Part shown: positions 26,544 through 35,861 of the stretch, in pieces
Layout of the letters: each line of letters begins with the position of its first letter
Numbering within the stretch: the stretch's first letter is position 1
IMG/VR virus record: IMGVR_UViG_3300009184_000038
Location: 1-64,000 of that record
Source: a virus
DNA: 64,000 nt
Reading direction: 5' to 3' (one strand)
Notes under the pieces: generated by a model
Told to the model about the DNA's origin: nothing
Database searches by the model: none
What the model saw: only the letters and a program-made list of their open reading frames with translations
Made by a program: the position numbers and the translations under genes

Positions 26544-28966
26544 GTGTTGTCTCCTTTAGTGGCCTTATTAATGCGGTAACCGAGCCAGACCATGCACGGC
26601 ACGGCCATGCTGTTTCCGAGGGCGCGGTAGCGGGGGCCGTCGGCGGCTGGCTTCTTGCGGAAGATGATGTCTGTGTGTCCTGCGGGGAAGCCTTGCAGAT
26701 ACTCGCACTCGGATGGCGTGAGGCGGCGCACTTGCATGGAACTGCGGACGCTGGCGTCTGCGACGAACGTGTCCTGTGAGTCACGGCCACTTCCGAACAC
26801 CCCGCCCTTGCCCTGCGCACCAGCGGAAATCGCATACGCTGGGTCTGGGAATCCAGACGGAGTCGGCAAGCACACATTGACCGCGTCGGCTCGCCCGCCG
26901 CCGCCTGGATTCGTTAGGGAAGGAACGACGCCGTCCTTCATGATCTCCGGCACCTTGACGCCGTCCCGCGAGCGATTGGCGAAAGCCACAGCAACCATGT
27001 GCTTCGGCGGCTCGTGCCGCTCGTCCCAGCCATTCAAGCAAGCAGAAACGGCGGCCTCTTCGTATCGCGGAGCCTCTTCCTTACTGTGCGGGTTCGTCGC
27101 CTTGACGTAGGCGACGGCAGGCTGCGCGATATACGTCTGCTGGTGGCTCCCAGGCTCTGCACTGCACACGCTGGCGACATCAAGAATGCGAACCTCTTCT
27201 CGCTGGTTTTGGGTGAATGCGACGGCGTGCGGCTGACTTGCGTCCATCGTCGGAGAAAGCTCCTCCAGCGGATTGAAAGAGGGGTTCCGCAGTCGAACTC
27301 GTCCCTCCGCATCTGCACTAGGAGTTTTTGCGACCCCCTCTCTCCCGGCGTCACCTCGCAGCCCGTAGGCGACGGCCAACTGGCCGCCAGCGTTTGCGTT
27401 GCCGTCAACGTGCTGCATCGCCCGCATGGTCGGCGACAGCTCTGCGGTAGCATCGCCGCTGTAGTCCTTGGCCGTAAACGCGACGGCAGGCGTGTTGCAC
27501 CGCTGGAGCGGGCCAGTGCCCTCTTCTGTGATGCCCAGGCTATCATTGGCCTTGCCGTAGCCGCCGCCGTTCTGCCAGTTGAATCCCACGGCGTTTGCGG
27601 GCTGCGCGATCACGCATGACGGTCGGCTCGGCCTGTCTTCTCCCTCGGCCCGCAGCGTGCCCGCTATCTCGTCTTTCATCCAGAAACCTTGGCCGCTCTC
27701 CCGCATTGCGTGAGCCTGCGCGGTAGCACAGACAACCGTATCCTGATCGCCCTTGTCCGCATCGGCCGAAAGCGGCGGCGCGATATCTGATGGCTTGCCG
27801 TCCTTGCCTCGCGTGAAATGCGATGGCTTAAAGCAAGTCGCCTCGTCAAAGACACCCCCTGTGGTAACGATCGGCGTTTGGCCTTCGTCCACCGTCGTGT
27901 TCATGCCCTTGTGCATTCGATGCGTCAGCGGGTTGGCGACAGACGGCAAAAATGCGACCGCTGTATGCGTCCTGTCCGTTAAGCCCCCCCCCCTGTGAGC
28001 ACCATCAGAGAGAGTTCCAACAACATTAGGAACGCCGACAACTTCTCTCTCACCAAAAGCCGCAGAACCGCAGCCTTTGAAGTAGTGCGAGTCCAGCGTG
28101 CCTGCACACTGCCCGCTGATCCCCACCGCCGCCGGCCCCCTAGCGACCATGCTGCCAGCCACGCCGTCCTGCGTGATCTGCGGCTTGTACTGAGCATTCA
28201 CTCCTTGGTTGAACATGGCTCGGTCAAGGTAGCACGGCTCACCACCGACTCGAGGGCGTCCTTCAGTGCCGGCGGCAGCTCCTTGCCCCGCTTTGCTGCG
28301 CGACGGAGGATTCCCTCGCACGCTTTCGCGGAGAGAAAGTATCTCGGATGGACAGGCGTCGTCTCCAAGACTTGCGACAAGTTCACAAGGCACGGCAACG
28401 AGAAAGACTCGCCTACGCCTCTGAGCCACCCCAAAGAATTGGGCGTCAAGGATTCGATAACCCACTCGTCGGGTTTCTCCACAAACATAGCCTGCTTTAG
28501 GCCACTTACCTGTTTCAGTTTGAGGGGCTTCATCGCACCCAGCGAGCGCTCCGATGAGGCATCCAAAGGCGTTGTCCTTTGTTGAGAGGAGTCCAGGGAC
28601 ATTTTCGTAAACAGCAATTGCTGGCGGTCTTCCATGACGCTTTCTCACTTCATCTATGTGGTTCAGTAGCCTAACGTAGGCTAGCGTGATATTGCCTCTA
28701 TCATCATCCAGACTCTTGCGGAGACCGGCCACGCTGAACGCCTGACACGGCGGGCCTCCGACGAGGAGGTCGCACTCCGCAAGAATTTCTTCGGGCCATT
28801 CGGCGAACTTCGTCATGTCGCCGAGGTTCGGCACCTGGGGCCAGCGAGCCGCGAGCACGGCAGACGGGAACGCCTCGATCTCGCTGAATGCCAGCGGCGT
28901 CCAGCCAAACCCGTGGAATGCGACAGTGGCGGCCTCAATGCCGGAACAGATGCTGATGTAGTTCAT
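26540..28966 (-). CDS. dcm: C5 DNA cytosine methyltransferase with greatly expanded variable region
   Basis: Motif I ICSGIEA, IV GGPPCQAFS, VI ENVPG, VIII QRRRRVF, C-terminal RRLTPSECEYLQGFP and RYRALGNSMAVP. Confidence 0.93.
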   Translation of the reverse strand: MNYISICSGIEAATVAFHGFGWTPLAFSEIEAFPSAVLAARWPQVPNLGDMTKFAEWPEEILAECDLLVGGPPCQAFSVAGLRKSLDDDRGNITLAYVRLLNHIDEVRKRHGRPPAIAVYENVPGLLSTKDNAFGCLIGALAGCDEAPQTETGKWPKAGYVCGETRRVGYRILDAQFFGVAQRRRRVFLVAVPCELVASLGDDACPSEILSLRESVRGNPPSRSKAGQGAAAGTEGRPRVGGEPCYLDRAMFNQGVNAQYKPQITQDGVAGSMVARGPAAVGISGQCAGTLDSHYFKGCGSAAFGEREVVGVPNVVGTLSDGAHRGGGLTDRTHTAVAFLPSVANPLTHRMHKGMNTTVDEGQTPIVTTGGVFDEATCFKPSHFTRGKDGKPSDIAPPLSADADKGDQDTVVCATAQAHAMRESGQGFWMKDEIAGTLRAEGEDRPSRPSCVIAQPANAVGFNWQNGGGYGKANDSLGITEEGTGPLQRCNTPAVAFTAKDYSGDATAELSPTMRAMQHVDGNANAGGQLAVAYGLRGDAGREGVAKTPSADAEGRVRLRNPSFNPLEELSPTMDASQPHAVAFTQNQREEVRILDVASVCSAEPGSHQQTYIAQPAVAYVKATNPHSKEEAPRYEEAAVSACLNGWDERHEPPKHMVAVAFANRSRDGVKVPEIMKDGVVPSLTNPGGGGRADAVNVCLPTPSGFPDPAYAISAGAQGKGGVFGSGRDSQDTFVADASVRSSMQVRRLTPSECEYLQGFPAGHTDIIFRKKPAADGPRYRALGNSMAVPCMVWLGYRINKATKGDNT
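28198..28635 (-). CDS. Nested alternative-frame gene resembling the M.EcoHK31I beta subunit
   Basis: LSQVLET..VHPRYFLSAKACEGILRRAAKRGKELPPALKDAL in a different frame inside the methyltransferase gene. Confidence 0.78.
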   Translation of the reverse strand: MEDRQQLLFTKMSLDSSQQRTTPLDASSERSLGAMKPLKLKQVSGLKQAMFVEKPDEWVIESLTPNSLGWLRGVGESFSLPCLVNLSQVLETTPVHPRYFLSAKACEGILRRAAKRGKELPPALKDALESVVSRATLTEPCSTKE

Positions 28967-29106
28967 TTCTTCTTTGCCTTTTCCTTGGCGTTTTTGGCGA
29001 TATCAAGAGCGATGGCGACTGCCTGCTTGTGCGGACGACCAGCCTTCATCTCAGTCTTGATGTTCGCGCTGATTGTCTTCGGGCTATACCCCTTTTTGAT
29101 TGGCAT
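28963..29106 (-). CDS. Small basic phage protein (47 aa, not in ORF track)
   Basis: MPIKKGYSPKTISANIKTEMKAGRPHKQAVAIALDIAK...; GGAGG RBS; ATGA overlap with the methyltransferase start. Confidence 0.75.
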   Translation of the reverse strand: MPIKKGYSPKTISANIKTEMKAGRPHKQAVAIALDIAKNAKEKAKKK

Positions 29107-29202
29107 TCTTGCCCTCCACGATGATTCGGAACTCGGAGCACCCGCACTTCGGACATGGCCCGTTGGTTTTCTTTGGCTCGTTGCAGCGATTGCAGAAGCG
29201 GT

Positions 29203-29835
29203 TCATGGGAGTAGCCATTCTTCAAAGCCCCGCCACCCGATCTGAGCAGCCCACTGAACGCTTACGCCGCTAGGGAACTTCAGCCGTCCGTGCTTGTGAA
29301 TCTTGCTGTGACAGTCGGAGCACACTGTCAGGAGATCGGAAAGCTCTTCTCTGAATATGCTTTCGTATGCAACGTGATGGCACTGAATCTCTTCAGAGTC
29401 TCCGCACAGCACACACATCATTGAATCGTGCTCAAACCTTGCCGAACGAACAATCTGCCAATGCGGTGTCATGTAGTAAGCCGAACGCATCTCTGGAGTT
29501 ACTCTTGCAAGCGATGGCTTCTGCCTCGTGTCGGGCATGAAGTAAGGAGAGGCGTGGCTTCCGTCGCCCTTAATCAAAAAACCATGTGCATTTCGCAACT
29601 GCTCAACAACAGGCGCTAGCCTGCTGCCATCGCTCAGTTCGCTTTCGTAGACGCTTTTTTTCAAAAGGTCGCCTGACCTTAGTCGAGCAAGAACGTCGCA
29701 TTGAGCTTCGTCTCGCTGATGAAAGTCACGAGCTGTGTTTTTCAGCTCTTCCGCTGCCTCAAACGGAATGCAGGCAGACAAACACGAATCGATGCTGTTT
29801 TCGTATCCCATAATGCCCCCTGCCTCTGTGGTCAT
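29203..29835 (-). CDS. HNH endonuclease with N-terminal extension
   Basis: YYMTPHWQ...CVLCG...CHHVAY...LLTVCSDCHSKIH. Confidence 0.8.
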   Translation of the reverse strand: MTTEAGGIMGYENSIDSCLSACIPFEAAEELKNTARDFHQRDEAQCDVLARLRSGDLLKKSVYESELSDGSRLAPVVEQLRNAHGFLIKGDGSHASPYFMPDTRQKPSLARVTPEMRSAYYMTPHWQIVRSARFEHDSMMCVLCGDSEEIQCHHVAYESIFREELSDLLTVCSDCHSKIHKHGRLKFPSGVSVQWAAQIGWRGFEEWLLP

Positions 29836-30047
29836 TGCCCTTTCCTCTCCTCAAGCCAGTCAGCCGCCTTCTCAAGCCACGCGGCGACTCTCCGCAGGGC
29901 TTCTGGGTTTTCGCTGTAGTCGGGATCGCCTTCGCACGGCGGGAGCGTGTCGAACATGACATCGACATACGGCGTCGAATGCTCCTCGTCGCGACAGGTC
30001 AGCGAAAACCGCTCGTCGTCGATGTCGATTGGGGACGGTGGTTTCAT
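29832..30047 (-). CDS. Hypothetical protein
   Basis: Coupled ORF. Confidence 0.55.
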   Translation of the reverse strand: MKPPSPIDIDDERFSLTCRDEEHSTPYVDVMFDTLPPCEGDPDYSENPEALRRVAAWLEKAADWLEERKGQ

Positions 30048-30159
30048 TCGTCATCCCCCGTCATGTAGGGAAGCAGGCTGAAGTAAAAAACCGCCCCGAC
30101 GGCCACGAGCAGAGTCGTGACGTTAAGCCAGAGGCTCATGTGTGATTCGATTGGGGTCA

Positions 30160-30402
30160 TCACTCACCTCGCAGATAGCCGAGCCATGTGCGGGCCGGCT
30201 TCCGCAGCTCTTCGACCTCGTCGAGAAGGCTGTTGAGTGCCTTCTCGGCGTTCTCGAGGCGAACGGTCAGGGCCGCGACTGACTTCGTCAACGCGACGGC
30301 CATGCGGTCGGTCGATTCGCCTTCTTCGCGAAGGTCGTGAACCGCCTGGGCGATACCGGCGATCGTCTTTTCAACGCTGCACTCGGGCTTTTTCTTTGCC
30401 AC
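30160..30402 (-). CDS. Hypothetical coiled-coil protein (GTG start)
   Basis: GGAGG RBS upstream. Confidence 0.6.
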   Translation of the reverse strand: MAKKKPECSVEKTIAGIAQAVHDLREEGESTDRMAVALTKSVAALTVRLENAEKALNSLLDEVEELRKPARTWLGYLRGE

Positions 30403-30452
30403 CAGAAATCCTCCGTGAATGAAACAACGAACGAGAACAGAAAGCCGGTCGA

Positions 30453-30641
30453 TCACGACGCGGCCTCCTCCGTTTTCGGAGGGGCGCGGTAGATCAGTTC
30501 CTCGCGGATGATCTTGACGTGCTTGGGTGCGTCGATGACGAGCCTGACCGTCTTGCCTACGACAGACTCGACCGTGATCTCGATGCGAGGCCGATCCAGA
30601 ATGAGCTTCTGGCCGGGGCGACGAGTTAAGCAAAGTGCCAT
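30453..30641 (-). CDS. csrA: Carbon storage regulator CsrA/RsmA homologue
   Basis: LCLTRRPGQKL...IEITV...VRLVIDAPKHVKIIREEL. Confidence 0.9.
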   Translation of the reverse strand: MALCLTRRPGQKLILDRPRIEITVESVVGKTVRLVIDAPKHVKIIREELIYRAPPKTEEAAS

Positions 30642-30674
30642 GTGGGAATCCTTTCCGCTGTGGTGATCAGTAGC

Positions 30675-31151
30675 CTAACGAGTGGTGCCAGTAGCGTCCA
30701 GATGTTTTTTGCACATCTCGCGAACCGTCGGTCGCGGGTGGTTGTCGATTGCCCATTTTAGGTAGTCCAGGCCACGCGGCTGCTTCTCCACCTCTGGTAG
30801 CGTGAGGCCGGCGAACCGACCGTCACGCAGGACGAACTCCTGATCCCTCGGCTTCAAGTGCCCCTTGATCGCTCGCACCCACTGGCCGGTGCCACAGAAG
30901 ACGCACGACACATACCACTCGCCGCCGTCCTCGTAGAGGATGTCGTGGAGTTGGGTGCCGCAGGCGGCGTCTGCGCAGTCGTAGGTGTGATCGATCATGC
31001 CGATTGGCAGGATCGCTCGTGGAGCAATTCCCCCTATATAAATAGGGTCTTTTTTGGGTTTCTCGGGTTCAATTGGATGGGCCGCGGCCGGTTGCGCGCG
31101 GGAGCGTTTTCGGGTCGGCTCATCTGGCGAAATGTCGAATAGCAGGGTCAT
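30675..31151 (-). CDS. Hypothetical protein with zinc ribbon and DUF3820-like C-terminus
   Basis: CADAACG...CVFCG; GRFAGLTLPEV...DYLKW. Confidence 0.6.
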   Translation of the reverse strand: MTLLFDISPDEPTRKRSRAQPAAAHPIEPEKPKKDPIYIGGIAPRAILPIGMIDHTYDCADAACGTQLHDILYEDGGEWYVSCVFCGTGQWVRAIKGHLKPRDQEFVLRDGRFAGLTLPEVEKQPRGLDYLKWAIDNHPRPTVREMCKKHLDATGTTR

Positions 31152-32839
31152 ATGGGCATCTCCATGCGGAACTTCTCTCGGGGGTCGTGGGCCACAATCA
31201 ACTTCTTTCGCGCTCGAGTAACGGCGACGTACTCGATTCGCCGCTCCTCGTCGTGACGGTCTTCGCTGCGTTCCTCGCCTTCGCGGATGCGGCGGCCGAC
31301 GCTGGTCAGGATGATCACGTTGTCGGCCTCCATCCCCTTGGCCGAATGCACCGTCCCGATGCGAATCTTCGGGTTGGCGACGGCTTCGATGCCCCACTGC
31401 TTCGCGGCTCGGCACCATGTCGCCCCGCCGTCGATCAGATCGCCCCAGGTGCCGGCGGCGATCTTCTCGCGGAGGTGGTCGGTGGCCCCGACATCGCCAA
31501 GCTCCTCGGGAAAGAGGGCGTCGTAGCGATCTTTCACGCCCCGGTTCCACTGTGTTTTCGCCCCTCGAATCAGCCACGTCTTCTCGTCGCGGCCGTCGCC
31601 TTTCTTGCTGATTGTCGCACTCGGTAGCAATTCAATGGCCTGTGTCCACTCCTCGGCACTGGCGGGCTGGCCGTTCTGGAGCTTCCACAGGCCCGTCATG
31701 CCAGCATCGCGGTTGTAGGCTCCCTGCTTGGCCTTGATCTTCCGAAACGGAACACCGACATCGTCAAGGATCGTGGCGATCTTGCCGACGTGCCGATTTG
31801 TCCTGGCGATGACCAGCGTCTCATCCTTCGGCGACAGATCGCTCAGATCGTCCTCGAAGTTATCGCTTTCGATGATCTCGCCGTCGTGGTCGGCGGCCTC
31901 GACGCCGCGGTTCCAGTACCCCTTGGTGAGCCTCTGGAGGCAGTCCTCGCCAAGCTGGAGGATCGGCTTCGCACAGCGGTAGCTCTTGGGCATGATCTCC
32001 TGCCGATCGACCTTCCAGCCCATGAAGAACTCGCTCGACGCCCCGGCCCATGAGTAAAGAACCTGAAACGGGTCGCCGACGAGCCACGCCCATCGGCAGG
32101 AGTCGCCGGTCACGAGCCGCCGGCAGGCCATGTCGAGGAGGCGGCTGGCGTCCTGCGCCTCGTCGAAAATCCAGCCGACGACTTCGTTCGGCACCGCGCC
32201 CTCGGGCGTGACCATCTCGGGGCCGGTGGCCGGGTTGTTGGCGACCCCGACGAACCGGGCGAGCATATCGGTGAAGTCGAGTCGGCCGTCCAGACGCTTG
32301 GCCGACTCGTACATCTCGATGCGACGGATCACCTCCTCGGCCGTCGGGCCGTCGGGCTCCCACTCGTAGGCGGCCTCGGCGATCTCGCGCAGGGGGGCGA
32401 CCATGCTCCTCGCCAGCGACCAGTAGTTGAGGGCCGCCGCGGCGATGGGGTCGCCCGTGTAGATGCCGATGCCCCCCTCGGAGTCCTCGTCCACGCAGTA
32501 GGACACGTCGCTGCCGAGGGCTTCGCTGATCCACTTGTCGTCGGCCTTGCTGCCGCCAATGACCTCGCCCTTCTGGATGCCGAGCTGCCGGTAGGCCACG
32601 CTGTGGGCGGTGCGGAACCAGCCGTGCCGCTCGAGTTCCGACTGCTGCATTCCCCAGGCCGCAGCAGCACGCCCAGCAGCCTCGCTGCGGGCCGCCCGCG
32701 TAAAGGACGAGAAACCGATGGCGAACGGATTACCGCCCACCTCCGGCCTCGCCAGAGCCTTCTCGGCGGTGTTGATCATCAGCCTTGTCTTGCCCGTTCC
32801 GGCTGATCCGACCGCCCGAAGAACCTTCAAATCGTCCAT
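31148..32839 (-). CDS. UvrD/Rep-like superfamily 1 helicase
   Basis: GSAGTGKT, SFTRAA, RTAHS, DEAQD, GDPFQ, SYRC, TVHSAKGMEAD, YVAVTRARK. Confidence 0.92.
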   Translation of the reverse strand: MDDLKVLRAVGSAGTGKTRLMINTAEKALARPEVGGNPFAIGFSSFTRAARSEAAGRAAAAWGMQQSELERHGWFRTAHSVAYRQLGIQKGEVIGGSKADDKWISEALGSDVSYCVDEDSEGGIGIYTGDPIAAAALNYWSLARSMVAPLREIAEAAYEWEPDGPTAEEVIRRIEMYESAKRLDGRLDFTDMLARFVGVANNPATGPEMVTPEGAVPNEVVGWIFDEAQDASRLLDMACRRLVTGDSCRWAWLVGDPFQVLYSWAGASSEFFMGWKVDRQEIMPKSYRCAKPILQLGEDCLQRLTKGYWNRGVEAADHDGEIIESDNFEDDLSDLSPKDETLVIARTNRHVGKIATILDDVGVPFRKIKAKQGAYNRDAGMTGLWKLQNGQPASAEEWTQAIELLPSATISKKGDGRDEKTWLIRGAKTQWNRGVKDRYDALFPEELGDVGATDHLREKIAAGTWGDLIDGGATWCRAAKQWGIEAVANPKIRIGTVHSAKGMEADNVIILTSVGRRIREGEERSEDRHDEERRIEYVAVTRARKKLIVAHDPREKFRMEMPI

Positions 32840-32984
32840 TTGATCCTCCTGATCCCCCACTAGCGGGGCGTAAGATGGGTAAACCTAGATTTTCCGTCCA
32901 CAAAAACCGCTTTACGTCTGAACTTTTTGGTGCCTGGACGTGGATTCCCCGGATTTTACGAAATTTCGCGGACACCCTAAGTCC

Positions 32985-34793
32985 TTATCCAGCAATGACT
33001 TCCGACTCAATCCGCAGAATCCGCGTCTCGGCGCGATGTTTTTCACCATTTTCGATGGCCGCCTCCCCCGTATTAAGCGGCAAGTTCTCAGCCCCCCCTT
33101 CGGCCAGTGATTCGATGGCCGCGATCCACTCTGGCGTGAACACGACGTAGCTCCTTTTCGTGGTGCCGAACGTGTGCCGGCCCTCCCTGAAGTCGCGGGC
33201 CTTCATGCGGTCGCAGAGCAGACGCTTAATCCGAATCCGCTCCCCGGCTGCCACGTCGTGGGCTCGTCCGATCTCCTCCCACGTCTTCACCCAGCCCAGC
33301 CACATCTCGCCGGGGGTCACCCATCTGGGCCTGCCCGACCGCTCGGGCTCGGGCTTGTCCTCGCTGGCCGGCTTCGCGCGTGCCAGCGTCTCGAGCAGAT
33401 AGGCAGCCAGCGTGGCATACCGCAGGCTGGACGTGCCGACGTGTACGTCGTCGGTCTTCTGCTTCTCGATGAACAGCTTCTCGAAGAGGCCGGTCAGCTT
33501 CGGCCGCTTGCTGTTGCCGTCCTGGCCTCGCCAGATGGTCTGCCACTCGCCGATGTCGCCGTGCAGGATCACTCGGCGGGTTGACTCGAATATCTTCTTC
33601 GCCACCATCTTCGCCGACTCAAACTCAGCGAACGAGAATGCGATCTCGCCCTTGCATGGCGTGTTCTTCCACTGCGGGACGCACAGGATAATCTCGGCAG
33701 GGTCGGAGCAGATGACGCGAATCTTCCAGTCGCCTGGAGTCCACTCGCCGTCCTTCCAGCCCTCGACCGCAGCCCACTTGAGCCCGTGCATGGCGTAGCC
33801 GCTGACGGGAGCCTGCTGCCGCTTGCCCTCTTCCTCCTCCTGGGCGATCTTGTCGGCGACGGCCGCCAAGCTCTCCTCGGTTTCGGGCATGGAGTCGCCG
33901 CGAGCCTCCATCTTTCGGCGGTACTCGACGCACGAGTAGAAGAGCGTGCGAATCTGGGCCGGCGTCTTCGGCGGCTTGCATCGCCGCTCGTTGACCAGCT
34001 CAATCTCCATGAGCATATCGGCCTGGGCAGCGCCGCTGAGATACCTCGCGTGACTGAACACCTTGCTGGTGACGTAGCTCAAGAGGTGCGGGTGCCTGCC
34101 GCCCTCCTTAATGTCGCCGTGGAGCACGGCCCGCGATGACACGCCGGCCGACTCCCGCGTGCTCATATCAACGTCGTTGACGATCGCCCGCAGGAGCACG
34201 TCGGGCAGCGGGGCGAAGTCAACGTCGTCCATCGACAGACCCGGTTTCCAGCGATACTGCACGCCGCTCCAGTGCCAGCTCGGCGGCAGCACGCTCTGCG
34301 CGTCCAAGTCGCCCGTGCCCAACCGCACCTCCAGGCCACCGGGCTTCACGACCGCGGGGCAGCCGGAGAGGCGATCGTCCCACTTGAACAGCCGGTGCTC
34401 GGAGCGGCCTGAGACGTATGTCGGCGTCTCGATCTCCGTCAGACCCATCGTCTCGGCGTGTGCCTTTGCTTTCTCGTCATCCCACTCCATGTCGATGACG
34501 CCGCTGCGGGGGCCGAGCAGGATGCCGATGTTGAAAGGCTTCCCCGTATCCTTCGCCTCCTCGACCCAGTCGAGCAGCGTGTCTTCGTCGGCAGCGGCTC
34601 GGTCGCCCCACGCCTTGCCTCGCGGGTGCTTGCCGCACTGCATCTGGGCCGCGCCGCCGATCTTGTGATCGGGGTTGCCGCAGGCGCACGACCCGTCGGG
34701 CATGATGCCGTAGTCGCGGACGATCTTGCATCCCTTCGACTGCGCAAGCGCGCCCTCCTTGAACACGGCATCACCATCGAACTCGAAAGCCAC
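32985..34793 (-). CDS. Bifunctional primase-polymerase with PriCT domain
   Basis: CACG...GKHP, NIGILLG..SGVIDMEWD, GRSEHRLF, SVLPPSWH, IKEGGRH...CKPP; RBS AAGGAGG before the GTG. Confidence 0.85.
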   Translation of the reverse strand: MAFEFDGDAVFKEGALAQSKGCKIVRDYGIMPDGSCACGNPDHKIGGAAQMQCGKHPRGKAWGDRAAADEDTLLDWVEEAKDTGKPFNIGILLGPRSGVIDMEWDDEKAKAHAETMGLTEIETPTYVSGRSEHRLFKWDDRLSGCPAVVKPGGLEVRLGTGDLDAQSVLPPSWHWSGVQYRWKPGLSMDDVDFAPLPDVLLRAIVNDVDMSTRESAGVSSRAVLHGDIKEGGRHPHLLSYVTSKVFSHARYLSGAAQADMLMEIELVNERRCKPPKTPAQIRTLFYSCVEYRRKMEARGDSMPETEESLAAVADKIAQEEEEGKRQQAPVSGYAMHGLKWAAVEGWKDGEWTPGDWKIRVICSDPAEIILCVPQWKNTPCKGEIAFSFAEFESAKMVAKKIFESTRRVILHGDIGEWQTIWRGQDGNSKRPKLTGLFEKLFIEKQKTDDVHVGTSSLRYATLAAYLLETLARAKPASEDKPEPERSGRPRWVTPGEMWLGWVKTWEEIGRAHDVAAGERIRIKRLLCDRMKARDFREGRHTFGTTKRSYVVFTPEWIAAIESLAEGGAENLPLNTGEAAIENGEKHRAETRILRIESEVIAG

Positions 34794-34823
34794 GGGAACC
34801 TCCTTGTGTTGTGTGCAAAGAAT

Positions 34824-35006
34824 CCCCCGCGGAGCCGCCACTGCTGACGGCCCCGCGGGGTTTAATGTCGCCATCACAGGCCCGTGAGAGATGCACGGGT
34901 GATCTGCGACGACTTCGCTGGGTTACAAAGCCACGCCAACGCATAGGCTGCCGGCCCGCTGGGACGATGTTGACCGGCGGGTTTCGTCGCCGGCCCGACA
35001 GCGAAG
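34824..35006 (-). ncRNA. Candidate structured RNA leader upstream of Prim-Pol
   Basis: Several nested stems; the 16-bp stem at 34825-34860 is fully paired only on the minus strand (two G-U pairs). Confidence 0.4.
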
Positions 35007-35008
35007 AA

Positions 35009-35791
35009 CTACTCGTCGCCGATGTCGGCAGCGTTCACGGTGGCCCCGGCGGGCGGCGCGCTGAACATCTGCGTCAGGGGCTTGTGGTAGACCGCTTCGG
35101 CCACCGCACCCTGATCCTCACTGATCGTGCCAACTACGCGCGGAACGATCTGCGAGTAGGGCTGACCGCCAGCGTTCTTGATTTTCTGGAGCTTCAGCCC
35201 GATGACGCACTCGTAGAGGAACGACGGCAGCCGCTTCTTGAACGGCAGCCAGTTCGCCAGCGACCCCGGCCCGACGGTCACGAGGATCGGCCACGTCTCA
35301 CCATCGCGAAGGACGGCGAGCACGCGGCTTTCCTTGACCTTCCGCGAACGGCCGCCGCCCTTGCCACTGCCCCATCCGAACTCGGGGCCGGTGGAGAGCG
35401 CCGCCCAGTCGAACTTTTTGTCGCCGATGCGATACCGTTCCAGAGCCTTGGGATCGCAATCACCGAGATCGTCGGAGACGCGGTAGCCGACGATCAGATC
35501 GTGCGTCACGATCACCGGACGCATGTCCGACGGATCATCTTTCGGCCACAGCGTGCCGCGGCGGCCCTCGGCGACGAGAAGACCGACGATCTCCTCGGTC
35601 GTCTCCACGTTGCCTTGGTTGTCAATGCTCCAGACCGTGCCACCTCCGGCCGGCGTGGGAACGCGGATCAAGTCCTGCTCCCTCATCGGCTCGCCCTCCA
35701 GGTTCGCCTGGATGATCCTGGCCTGCCGACTCGTCGGCGACAGCGCGGGGTAATCGATCACCTTCAAACTCGTCGAAATCGCTGTGCTCAT
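35009..35791 (-). CDS. Putative ssDNA-binding/replication protein
   Basis: Position between helicase and primase; acidic C-terminus; IRVPTPAGGG motif. Confidence 0.55.
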   Translation of the reverse strand: MSTAISTSLKVIDYPALSPTSRQARIIQANLEGEPMREQDLIRVPTPAGGGTVWSIDNQGNVETTEEIVGLLVAEGRRGTLWPKDDPSDMRPVIVTHDLIVGYRVSDDLGDCDPKALERYRIGDKKFDWAALSTGPEFGWGSGKGGGRSRKVKESRVLAVLRDGETWPILVTVGPGSLANWLPFKKRLPSFLYECVIGLKLQKIKNAGGQPYSQIVPRVVGTISEDQGAVAEAVYHKPLTQMFSAPPAGATVNAADIGDE

Positions 35792-35861
35792 GGGTTTCTC
35801 CTAGAGCGTTTATCGATCCATCAACCAGCCGCGCGGGCAACGCGCCCGCGCGGCAACTTCA

